From contig CM041465.1 in assembly GCA_023213395.1 (NCBI GenBank), forward strand, positions 170,321,741 through 170,385,740: 64,000 nucleotides of DNA, given 5' to 3'. Numbering within the stretch: the stretch's first letter is position 1; each line of letters starts with the position of its first letter. The notes beneath the pieces were generated by a model. It was not told the DNA's origin. It searched no databases and saw nothing but the letters and a program-made list of their open reading frames with translations. The position numbers and the translations under genes are program-made. Source of the DNA: Cycas panzhihuaensis (Eukaryota; Plantae; Cycadophyta). Positions 28,501 through 40,930 of the stretch are shown here, in pieces.

Positions 28501-28920
28501 TGTTAGAAAGGCCCAGAAAAGGTTCAAACCTTGACATTAAAATAACCTTAAGCTTGGTGCATTCCCTAGGGGACCAATTAACCATACAATCAGTGCACGA
28601 CAATTAAGGTTGCTTGAGGGAAAAGTGGTTTGAAAAGGGTGTTATTGGGGCTGTGAATCTCAGTGAAAATATGGTGCATCCATGTAGATCAACCCTACCT
28701 ACCTTATCTTAGATTTGGCTTAGTTAACTGTTGGATCTCTTCTATAGATCAAAGTTAAACCAACTCTTTTGCCTAGTCCTCCACCCCCCATCACTCCATT
28801 CAATTATTAGATTTTCTAGTAAGATCAAGACTATTGGTTTTATTAGAAGGTGGAACTTAAATAACGAAAGCATTGAGTTTCCAAGTTATCTACTAACTTT
28901 AAGTTTTTTACAACTTTAAC

Positions 28921-31900
28921 ATGGCTACTTTAAACATTCTTAATACGTGGACAATTAAATTAACAGGTCAAGAGAACTATCAAGATTAGAAGAGGCAAAT
29001 ACAAAACCTCTTAAAGATAAATGAACTTCGATGCTATGTTTCTGACAGAATTCCTTTACCTATACATATGGAGATTGATGGTGTTATTGTTGATCCTAAT
29101 GTTGATTATATTACTACTTGAGAGGCCAAGGATGAAATAGCCTTGGCATTCTTACATATAGTCATTGATGTTAATGTTGATTAAAACATTTCAAATGCTA
29201 AAACATCTAAGGAAGCTTAGGACATTTTGTCCTCTTTGTATGAAAGGTGAGATGAAGCTCATATTTTATTGGTTAAAGCAAAATTTTATTCTATAAAATA
29301 TGTAAAGCCTATATCAACATTTCTTCTTCTATCAAAGAAATTTATAATAAATTAAATACTTTAGGCAAACATGCTTTTAGGGATGAGCTTGTAATAGCCA
29401 TTATTTGAGCTTTACCTAAAAATTTTAATGGTTTCATCTCATCTGTTATACGAGATGGCTCTCTTTCAGGCATGTCCTTCAACCAACTTGAGAGTTTGTT
29501 ATTTCAAACGGAGCAAATTTATGACAAAGAAAATAAAGATAGAGGATCTACTTCAAGAGCATTCATGGCCAAGTTGAAGGCCAAGCAAAATCCCAAACCT
29601 TCACTCACAAAACGATTTGGGAATATGAACATTGACACCTCAAAAGCTAATGTCATTTGTCATTATTGTGGCAAGGTTGGCTACATGGCTCCTGATTGCA
29701 AGAAGAAGAAAGCTAACCTTCAACGTACACATTAGTAGCAGCCATATCAGCAACATCAGAGGCAATAGCGACCTTATCAGCAATTCCAATAGCAGTTGTG
29801 GTTTCAATAAAAATAATAACATTATCCCCCTCGACCAAATTGAGGTATATATTGAGGAGGTTAAAGAGAAAGGGGGGGTTTCAGAGGTGGCAATCAATGC
29901 CACATAAATCAGTTTATAGATGAGGATATGCTACTTTGTGCTTATCACACAACTGATATTGATGAAATATGGATCATCAACTTGGGGGAATCACATCACA
30001 TGACCAGGAGTGAAGAACTCCTTTATGACATCAAAGAAGGAAATGGTAAATCAGTGACCTTTGGCAATAATGAATCAGTATAGATTTCTGGTATAGACAA
30101 AGTTACCTCATTTCATTCTTCTTCAAATCCTTCTTCAACATATCCCAATGGTGATGTCCACTTTATTCCTTCCATGGAGAAGAGTTTACTATTGTTGGAT
30201 ATTGTGACAACAATAGTTTGAGGCTAAAATTTCGGCATGTTGATAGTGTGGTTTCCCCCTCTAATCTTTCTCGGGGGGTTCTAAAGGGGGCAGGTGTGGG
30301 GGGCGTGGAATGCCCCCCGCTAAGAGGGGGTTCAGAGGCGATAGCCCCAGACTCGAAAAATTAGCCCTGTAAACCATATTAAATTGTAAAGAGAATCAGG
30401 GTTGTTCAATACAAATACCTTAGATTCTACGGTTGAGATTTATGCCTTGGATGACCCTCTCATGTAGCCTGATTTAGGGCTTTTCTTATTATGTTGTATG
30501 TAATGTAATGTACTGTGAAGAGAGCAGTGGCTGGTTGTTCCTAAGAGCACTCTGCTACTATGATGTACTTTTTCTCCATTCTACAACAATAAAGATCGAT
30601 ACCTTTCCTGTGTGGATGTTTCTCTAGCACATTGTTAGGGTTTTATCACATTATATCGGGTGCATATGTGATGTTTGGTTTTCATATTCATGTTATTATA
30701 TTATCTCTGATTTTAGAACTTGCATGTTAAATTTTAGTTTCGATTCCTATAACTAGTTATAAAATAGTTTAGATCTTATAGTGGTTGAAGGTTTGGGACC
30801 TTGTATTTTCAACAACTATTTTTTAACCAATTGGACAAGCAACAAATGAGCATTTTATTTAAAAATAGGAATGTGTCATTAGTGACAATCATGATCAGAT
30901 TGTAGTCATTGGTTATGAAGACCATGGCCTTTATAAGTTAGATACAAATAATATAACTCTTGATTCTACTTACTCTGTCACATAATCATCAATAAAGATA
31001 CAACTTTGGCATCATCGTCTAGGCTACTTGAGTTTAGACAATATCAAGTTGATGATAAATAAGAACATGGTGCATGCACTTCCAAAGCCTTATAGTTTAA
31101 AATGTCTTTGTGAAGCATGTATAATGGGGACACAGTATTAATTACCTTTCTATAAAGGCAAAGTATGGTATGTATCATATCATTTGCAGTTGATACATTC
31201 TTATTTATGTAGACCTATGTCCATAACATCTTTTAGAGGAGCATTGTACTACATCTCCTTCATAGATGATTTCTCTCATAAAGTTTGGGTTTACTTCCAT
31301 AAACAAAAGTATGAAGCATTCCAAAAGTTCAAGGAATTCAAGCTTGAAGTAGAGAATGGATCTAACTATACAATCAAAATTCTAAGGTTAGATAATGGAG
31401 GTGAATTCACTTCAAAAGAATTCACTCAATTCTCCAAGGATAACAACATTTAGAGGCAACTTACTATTTCACATACTCCTTAACAAAATGGAGTCTTCGA
31501 ACGAATGAACTGAACTTTAGCAAACAAAGACTATGATGCATGAAAATTGACTTACATAAGCATATTGAGCAAAAGTATTTCACACAGCTACTTATGTGGT
31601 AAATCAAAGTCCTACTTCAGTAGTCACTGATATCACACCAAAAGAAGCTTAGTCTGGCAAAAAACCTGCCATCATTCACTTAAGGATATTTAGGTGCACT
31701 AGATACATGCATATCCCCAATCAACAAAGATTTAAATTAAACAAACATAGTCTAAAATACATTTTTGTAGGCTCTGCCACTCATAGCAAAGCTTGCAAGT
31801 AATATGATCCTATTGGGGAAAAAATGCATCTCTCAAGAGATATAATCTTTGCTGAAGAAGAACATAAGGAGTTAAAATCAACATCCATCTAACCTCCTCT

Positions 31901-33720
31901 TGATAAAGGCAAAAAAATTGTTGAGGCTTTCTTTCCTTCTTAATCTTCCACATCGTGTACATCATTTGCACCAACTAGACAATCCACATCATCAGATACT
32001 ACTCCACTTGATCTTTGCACATCTTTTATTGATCCAATACTGAGACTAGAAGACATTGAGGTTCAAGTCACATCAGTAAAAAAATTGCCTAAATGATATA
32101 CACAAACTATTCAAGATGGCTAGATTATTGAAGAAAAACGTCCATCAAAATATATGCAACAAACCAATTATGTACTTATGGCTGAAGTACTTTGTGTTGA
32201 TGAACCTTCCAACTTTGAGGAGGTATATAAAAATGATAATTGGAAAGTTGCAATGGATGGAGAAATCGATTCTATTGAAAAGAATGAAACATATGATTTA
32301 GTAGAATTGCTTAAGCATAAACATGTAATCAATTGTAAATTGGCCTATAAGACCAAATTCCATTCTGATGGTACACTTAAGCATCAAAAGGCTCGACTTG
32401 TTGCAAAGGGCTTCAAACAAAATGAAGGCATTGATTATGAGGAGACTTTTACACTTGTTGCCAATATGAATACCATCAGACTCATCTTGGACTTAGCTTC
32501 TCAATGCAAATGACAAGCTTATCACATGAATGTAAAGAGTACCTTTCTCAATGGTGATTTTCAGGAGGAGGTATATTTGGATCAACCTCCTGATTACAAA
32601 GTACAAGGTAAGAAGTAAATGGTTTGTCACCTGAAAAAGGCTTTGTATGGCTTGAAACAAGTTCCTCATGTATGGTACTAAAAAATCAATGATTATTTTT
32701 TGAGACATAGCTTTCATCGATCTATTTCAGATCCTAATATGTATATCAAAGTTGGGAAAGACCATGTTATCTTATTTGTCTTATATGTTGATGACTTAGT
32801 GATCACTGGTAATGACACTAAGATGATACAAATTCTCTAGGATGATTTGAAAAAAAAGTTTTAAGATGATAGATCTTAGACTTCTATATTATTTTCTAGG
32901 CTTTGAGATGTGGCAACAACCAAACTATATCTTCATATCCTAATCAAAGTATTCTTGAGACATTTTGGAGCGGTTTAGGATGCATGACTACAAACCAGCA
33001 CCAATGCCTATGGATAATGGAACAAAGCTTACTCTTAATGAGGAAGTTAAACCTATAGATCCCACTCTTTATTGACAATTGATTGGTAGCCTCATATATC
33101 TCACCAACACTCGACCATACATTTCATTTGTGGTTGGGATTTGTTCTAGATACATGTCTCAACCTAATCAGAAACATTAGAATGCAGCAAAATGCATACT
33201 CAAATACATCAAAGGCACATTACAACGTGGCCTTCATTATGCATATAATGAGGACTTCATCTTAGAAGGGTTCTCAGATTTTGATTGGGCAGTTTATCAG
33301 GATAACAGGAGATCCATCTTGGGTTATAGTTTTATCCTTAGTTCAAGAGTTGTTTCGTGGAGTGGTAAGAAGTAACCCAATATTAACTTGTCCTCCATTA
33401 AAGTAGAGTATAAATCTGCTGCCAGTGCAGCTTGTGAGATTATCTAGCTATGACAAATTCTTGGGGAGCTTAGACTTGAGCAAGATCACCCCACCAAAAT
33501 ATATTGTAACAATCAAAGTGTGCTCAAGTTAGCCAAGAATCCAATCTTTCATGCACAGACCAAACACATTGAGGTTCATCGTCACTTCATTAGAGAGCAT
33601 ATACAGAACAATGAGATCAACCTCCAATATAGACCTACAGAGGAGCATATAGCAGATATCTTTACCAAACCTCCTAGTAGAGAAAAATTTGTAAAATTTA
33701 GATATGGTCTTGGCATCTGA
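28921..33720 (+). pseudogene. gag-pol: Copia gag-pol with many stops and frameshifts
   Basis: IKLTGQENY; CHYCGKVGYMAPDC; WIINLGESHHMT; LWHHRLGYLS; FIDDFSHKVWVY, LRLDNGGEF; KARLVAKGFKQNEGIDYEETF; LYVDD; AKNPIFHAQTKHIEV, IADIFTKP. Confidence 0.95.
30193..30814 (+). mobile_element. Solo LTR (622 bp) inserted in the copia protease region
   Basis: TGTTG...CAACA ends, perfect TSD ACTAT (30188-30192, 30815-30819). The host reading frame resumes after it. Confidence 0.9.
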
Positions 33721-35464
33721 CTTAACATTGTAAATAGTAAAAGGGGGTCTTAAACCTTATATTTACATGTTAAGTATGTACTTTATTCACTTTATTCTTT
33801 TACTCATTATTTGTACTTTATGGGATGACTTATCACTTAACTAATAAAGTGCACACCCACATTCTTTCTAGTGAATATATCTTTGCTCACATGAGAGCCC
33901 AAAAGGACATATGTCCTTCATGCATGCCATGCAAGACAAGCATTACATGTAGCTTAGATGTTTGTCACTTGTTAAACATCCAATGCTATTAAGTCTCTTT
34001 AGTTCTCTATATATTGAGACCTCTTCTCATGTCTCACATGAAGAGTTGGAGTTGTAATGTTATGCTATCAATTTGCTAATCAACTGGTATTCCTTTGGAG
34101 ATTGGACTAATTCCATCTCCTCGCAAATTTGGTATCATCTTGCTCTTTGGACTTTGATCTTGTTTATCTTTTAGTTTTATTTTCCTTGCTAGTTATGCTC
34201 TCATGCTTTCTAGAACTGGAGTGAACTATCTTCATGATCTTGGATATCATAGGCATTAGGCATTCTCAACCTTTGGCATTCTCAACATTAAGGCCTACTC
34301 ACCATACTCATGCTTAGCATATCCTACAATCATAACATCCAATAGTACCACATTTCCTATAGTCATTTTGTCTGAGGCCCTGCAAACATCTACCAAGCTT
34401 TTGCACTTGGCATATTTACAAGGGCACTTCCCACAAAAATATGAGACTAAAATCCACTTCTCATTATGTTTTCATGTGCCTTATTGTCTTTTATTAGAGT
34501 TTCCACTTATGGGGAGTTGGTCTGTTTCCTTTTTGGTTGGTTAGCATGTCTCCCATCTTCTATTGCTGGTATTCTTTATTTGTCCAAAAAAAAAATGGAG
34601 CTAAATTCACACTCATTTCCATTCATATTTTTCACTATTTTTTGTACAAGAAATCATGAGATTTGCTCAAGTTTTGGGACACATTTCAAAAGAAGGTTGC
34701 TAAGTTTTAGATTGATGTATGAACAACTTGTTTGTTGCACGTTAAATGCATACTTGTCTTCATCATTAACTCATAAATAGAGTAACAAAATATATATACA
34801 TTATACATAATCATAAATAGATCAATTATTTACAATTTTAGTCAAATATAAAGTAAAGATGTGTACTTGACCATGTTTGAGAGCCCAGAAGAAAACAAAT
34901 AATATATGAACACAAGAAAAATTTAAGTATTGAGACAAGAATTAGAAGACAAACAACAAAGTGACTTCACTAAACACAATTGTTTTAGATAAACCACCAA
35001 GTGAAAATGTACAAGTATTAGAGAGAGCACTTTGTATAGCCCATAGAATTCATGAGACGCTTTCTTTAGAAGTGTATAGTAGCATGAACTATTGAATTTC
35101 TTAAACTATAGGGGTTGCATATTTAATCACAAAAAACCTTATACATATCTAAATCGTATTGTTTAAGATAAAACCAAACATTTAAGAAATAATAAAAATA
35201 GCCTTCATTAAGCTTTGTGGCCAATATGGCTGTCTACAACATATTCATTTCCAAATATTGGGCTTTAGAAATTCTTGTCAATTTCAAACATTGCTTTCTT
35301 TGAATTGCTATGTATATTTTTATTTTTGATTGCATAGAATTTAACAACCTTCATCTTATTCATTTTTTTCTCTCTTAATCGCACAAGAAAAAATGCCACT
35401 TCTTTTCCAAGAGATCCCTTCAGATTTTCCAAGTAAAATGTCGTGACACACAAGTAAATTAAAG

Positions 35465-37332
35465 CTATAAAGATGGGCTATAAGGAAGAATAATCGTCTC
35501 TCTAATAATTTCCAACAGTCCCACTACGTCTGGCATACTTGGTCGTTCTTCAGCTGATGGCCTCGTGCACTTCAAACCTATACGTGTGATTTGAATAACA
35601 CAATTGCAGATCCCATCTCGTTGTTCTGTTTCACCCATCTTGAAAATGCTACTATCAACGAGGTCCAATATTCTATCTGGAAAAGCCATGGTCACCCACT
35701 CTCTCAAGTTCAGTCCTCCTGTAAACATGCTAGCGATGGGACTTTTTCTTGTTATCATTTCCAGTAAAACAACGCCATAGCTATAAACGTCCCCCTTTGT
35801 GGAAACCCTTCCGCCTAATCCATACTCTGCATTTAAGCCAAAAGGACAAGGAAGAAACATCTTATATTTGATTGTCTCATCATCTTATATTTGATCGCAT
35901 AATCGATCGAAAATAAATCCCAAAAGAAAGGAGTTGAAATGTTATTTAGAAAAAAACTTTAAAAAAACAAAGGGAAAAAAAGGGCAAGGAAGAAACATAC
36001 CCGGGGCAATGTAGCCAATGGATCCTTTCGATGAATGCGTAGTAGTGACTGAATCCATGCTGTTTGCAGAAATTAGTTGCTCAATGCCAAAGTCTGCTAC
36101 ATGTGCTGTCATATCGAGAAGCACATTGCTGGGTTTTAAATCACAATGCACTATCTGTATAGAACAATCGTGATGCAGATATGCCATACCATGGGCTATT
36201 CCTATAGCAATGTTCAATCGTTCACTCAAGCTCAATCCACATGCATCTGCTCCGTACAAATGCTTTTCCAAACTGCCATTTGACATTAAATTAAGAACCA
36301 AACCCTCGATATCGTTAGCATTCGAGAAAGAAGTTCTGACCCTGAGGAGATTCCGGTGACGAGCTTCCCCCAGTACTTCGCATTCCTTGGCAAAACTCTT
36401 TCCAGCTTCTTCATTTTGAAAATTAATCACCTTGGCAGCAACAAGTAAGCCATCACTCAAAACGGCTTTATATACACATCCAAAGTTACCAGTTCCTAGT
36501 AAATTCGTCTCGCTAAAACCATTGGTTGCTCTAAAAATCTCTTCATATGAAATCCTTGGATATCCCAACTTTTGTTCTAAACCTTGTAAAGCAGATAAAC
36601 GCTTTGCACGAGGGTTGCAACTCCGAAAGAATCCCAAAAGTAAACAGCATGTTAGAAAGAAACCAACAGCGGCAATTGGCAATAATATGTTTAGGAGAAA
36701 GGAATGATCTCTTTTATGAGTGGGAGTAGGACATGCAGGAAAGAGTATCCATCTTCCACAAAGATGAGGATTTCCCAAGAACGATGCAGCAGTAAATTTG
36801 GCAAAAGCTCCCGTCTTGGGAATTTCTCCTGTGAAGTTGTTGCTAGATAAATTCAAGCCGTCGAGCATATTGAGATGTTAGAAGGATTTTGGTATTGGAC
36901 CAGACAAATTGTTGGAGGAGAGATCCAAGTCACTGAGGCTTTTCAATTGGTCAAAGGAATCTGGAGTTGGGCCTTGGAACACATTCCTAGACAGATTCAG
37001 ATACTGCAATCCCGCGCAACTTCCAAGTGTGACCGGAATGGCACCAACAAAGCGATTGGGTGAAATATCTATAGCTTCCACCATTACCCAATTCTTCGTC
37101 CCAATTTTTGTGGAATATGACCATGAAAATGGTTCTGAGACAATTGAAGGAATTGCAGGAAGGAAATATTGGCCATAAAAGCAGAGATGGAACCCTCTAA
37201 ATCCATACCTGTGAGATCAAGGGCAACCACTCGAGCAAGCGCATCTGAAACGCTGTTCCCATGGCAATGAACAACCGCCGAGCACGAGAGAAACATAAAC
37301 AGCAACAAATCGAATCGGCTCGTCTCCGCCAT
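35465..37332 (-). pseudogene. LRR receptor-like kinase, subfamily XII (FLS2/EFR/XA21-type non-RD), internally deleted and disrupted; two exons (37332-36001, 35826-35465)
   Basis: Signal peptide MAETSRFDLLLFMFLSCSAVVHC; LRRs (LxLSxNxFxGxIP); GNPHLCG cap; TM ILLPIAAVGFFLTCCLLLGFF; kinase GTGNFGCVY, VAAK, HCDLKPSNVLLD, DFG, GYIAP^EYG, GDVYSYG. GT-AG intron 35827-36000 at the typical LRR-XII position. Frameshift at ~37085 and stop at 36878-36880. Confidence 0.92.
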
Positions 37333-38220
37333 AACGGGCAACACAATCACAATAATCGATTCATCTATCAGTAATTTATTCCGATACTTGGGACTCGAAT
37401 CATCGAAACACTACTAACGCACCCTTCCTCGGGTCTCGGCAGAACGGACTACGGGACGACGGCGGGTATTGGAAAGTGGAGGAGGGTTGGTGGATTCTCT
37501 TACCGTCACGGGCTTTTTGTGAGGGATTTCAATGCACGCGCTCTGACTCTGCTAGAAATGGCATGACGCGGGACGACGACTTTGATCGGTTAAGCATCTG
37601 CCATTTCCAAACAGAATAAGGACGGCACACTCCTCGTAAACCTATATGAACCACAAATGACGCCTCCTGTCAAAGTCCTTTTATGGTCGTCATTTTAACA
37701 AAAGATTCAACGACGACCGTGGTGCAAATTCTACACGCTCGATACCCTCTGCGTGTCCATCCACACCACTACCACTAGTGACGGCCCACTCCTCAGGGTC
37801 ATCACGACCCGACGCCCTGGAGAATTTGGAAAGTGGACAACAACGAAAAAAATGGTATATAAATTTTGAAATGGTGAATAAAAATGGTATATAAATTTTG
37901 AAATGGTGAATAAATGTTGCTAATACGAAATCGCTGAGCCTTTATTCGCCAGGGATTGGAAACAATTTCTGGGAACCGTGTGATATGGTTAGCAAGGTCC
38001 TTGATTGACTACATACACTTTGACGGATGACTTTAGCAAAGACATGACCAATGACCATGCATTTGAATGCAAAGTTTGTCCTTACTAAACATGACACGCA
38101 TTACGGGAAGTGGGTTGAAAGGAAGATGGTATATACAGAAGTTAAGGAATGGTTATTATGAACATAAAAGACGTCATCCACGCACTTGGGTCCTTCAAAG
38201 TCATGCCACTTAGTATAAGA
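37333..38220 (-). promoter_or_regulatory. CpG-retaining promoter region of the LRR-RLK with TGAC/GTCA W-box-like cores
   Basis: Sharp rise in GC and CpG relative to the flanks. TTGAC/GTCAA at ~37669, 38005 and 38020. ~32-bp direct repeat at 37849-37913. Confidence 0.5.
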
Positions 38221-38519
38221 TAAAGATAGATACTACAAACAAAAGCTCTCTAATTTACATTAAGGATGCTCTCACCTTTTTATCTTTCAATGTTACTGTT
38301 CTAAAATACTTATAAATAAAAATATCTATATATTATGTTTATTTATTATTATTAATAGAATATAGATTGTTTAATTATTAGAAATATTAATATTATTTTT
38401 ATATTTTTTTATAATATTTATTTTATATTAATATATTATTGATTAATTATATAATTTATTGAAATAGAAAATTATTCATTTCAACAAATTTCTATCTTTT
38501 TAATAATTTTTTTTTTCTA

Positions 38520-39660
38520 GAATTTGAGAGGTTGGATAGATTGGAGAAGTTGAATTGAGGTCAGTTCCATGAAACCAAGTTAAGATTGGAAGCATTATTT
38601 AAGAGATGATGAAATCCTTATCTATAATTATATATATTAATATTATTATTATAAAACTCTAATATTAAGAGGTGGTTTTTCTTCTCCTAAAAGGGTTTTC
38701 CACCTAATAATACTATGCAAATGTATGATGTTTTATTGGTGAAATTTGATGAATAATTTCTTACAAGTTTAATTATTTTCCTCTCTCTAACATGGTATCA
38801 AAGCAGGTTTCGGAGTATGATTTTTTGAAATAAGTTGAGTGCCAAATCTAGGGAGGAAAAGCCATTCCGAGTACATGGAGTTTGTGATGAACAGTAGAGA
38901 AGATTAGAGGAGCCTACAAAGGACATTTGCACAACAAAAGCAAACAAAAGACAAAGTTACAAAGACACCACTCTATGCCATACAAATCCTATATTGAGTA
39001 AGCGTTGCCCAACTATCATCAGTTTCCGCAGAAGAGACTGCAAACCATAGAATGCATGAACAAAAGTTCTATGGAGGATACTCTAGACCGAAGAACACCT
39101 GAATGAATAAAGATGAAGTCGCATGAAGGTCCCGTGGAAGGTTTACGATCGTGATTGGAGAAGGAGAAATACAACCATGCCCATCGTCACACAGCCATTA
39201 CATGTCATGTAAAGCATGTCATCTGCAAAGAACTCTGCCACAAAGATGATGGAATACACTTATGCATAGCTAAAAGATAAACAAACACCTGTTGGAACAG
39301 TAGATTGCATGAAGGAAAGCCATTGATACAACTCCAAGTTGTATGAAGATCGAAACAAAGGAAAATTAGACAATAGTCAAGCTCTAGTCGCCACATGCAA
39401 AAGAAATTGCAACTCCAAAGGCTTGAAGATGAAGCCTCAAGCATCACGTAGCCCTCTGTTTGATTGATAAAACTGTAGATACCGTCGATGAAGAAGATAT
39501 AGGTCATCATGTAGAGAGGATAATCATCTTTGAGAATCTTGTCCATCAAATTGGCAAACGAAGCCTACAAAGCCTTCCCACTGGATCTACCTGATTGTGC
39601 CATTAACAATCTACGACCACAGGTGAAAATCATTCAAAACCTTAAGTATTTAGGGTTAAA
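38520..39660 (+). mobile_element. Truncated LTR element: LTR 3' part ending at 38792, PBS 38793-38804, non-coding interior cut at the palindrome
   Basis: ...CTCTCTAACA TGGTATCAAAGC junction. The LTR start could not be fixed. Confidence 0.6.
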
Positions 39661-39918
39661 TTATATATATATCTATATCTATATCTATATATAGATATCT
39701 ATATATAGATATAGATATAGATATATATATAATTTAACCCTAAATACTTAAGGTTTTGAATGATTTTCACTGTCGTAGATTGTTAATGGCACAATCAGGT
39801 AGATCCATATATATATAGATATAGATATAGATATATATATAATTTAACCCTAAATACTTAAGGTTTTGAATGATTTTCACCTGTGGTCGTAGATTGTTAA
39901 TGGCACAATCAGGTAGAT

Positions 39919-39970
<52 letters not shown>
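39582..39970. repeat. Spacer-less palindrome (39582-39807), a second copy of the right arm (to 39921) and an (AT)n microsatellite
   Basis: 39661-39732 is exactly self-complementary about 39696/39697, and the arms extend to TGGATCTACC / GGTAGATCCA. Confidence 0.95.
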
Positions 39971-39973
<3 letters not shown>

Positions 39974-40930
39974 TCCAAACAAATGTGAATCATTTATAAA
40001 ATCATGTATATTCCTTTTTACAAATCTAAAAAAAATAAAATATACTTCATTCATATTTCAAACTCGCCTCATCTTTTACATTTTATTTTTTCTAATGTTT
40101 TAATTTAATTAAACCAAATTGAAATAAAATTTCAAGTCCACCATTCGTTAGCCCCTTTTTCCGCTAGCCTTCTAGTCACACTAGCCTCCCATATGACCTC
40201 AATCTAATCTTGAAAGGGGCTTAACCCTTATTACCCACACCCTCAATCTTATAAAGGAGGTACATGTACCTTTTTAACCATAACTTCTTCATCTAGAGTC
40301 AGAATCCAATTCTAGAATATAAGTCAGATTTTGAGTTCAGATGTGGACATTTTGACTAGTCACTCGAGCCATTTGGATGCCATTTTGACCTACAAAATCT
40401 CACTTGAAGTCAAGCTTTTAATTACGACTAGGTAAGTCAAGGTACGTGATTTTAATTTAGAATTTTATTTATAATAGTTTAAGATTATTATTTTAATTCA
40501 ATATATATTTAATTATTTGACAAATTCATTACCTAATTGCATCATTTTTATAAATAATTATCAATTATTTCTTACAGTTTATTAATTGCATAATTAAATC
40601 ATTATCTTTGATATAAATAATGTTGTAAACATGAAAATTTTTATATGTTCGATTTAATGTCTCAAATGTATGATTAAATTTTACACCTCTTGATTATTTG
40701 CAATGAGTGTTTAAGTGTTAAAGGATTTATTTTTATGTATTATTTAAAGAATTTAATAATACATTTATATTTATGCATGAATATTTACTTTACATTAAAT
40801 CAATGATAATTACATTTTATTAAAATCAAATGTTGTGATTGTTTTAAATCTTGCTTGACCTAGTTGTTCTCCTTACTCTTTCTTTTTTTCCCATCAAAGA
40901 GAATCTCTAATCATAGGTTTTATTCTCATA

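Larger units (their letters stand above)
25954..34287 (+). mobile_element. Full-length degenerate Ty1/copia retrotransposon (LTRs 25954-26529 and 33748-34287)
   Basis: Perfect TSD TTAAG (25949-25953, 34288-34292). PBS TGGTATTAGAG at 26532-26542. PPT AAAAGGGGG before 33748. Domain order gag-PR-INT-RT-RH. Confidence 0.95.

Noticed and set aside
39649-39655. TTTAGGG telomere motif at the palindrome
   Set aside because: Single copy per arm, expected by chance in AT-rich DNA, and no telomeric array.
39767-40103. ORFs with YIYIYI runs
   Set aside because: Translation of the (AT)n microsatellite and palindrome.
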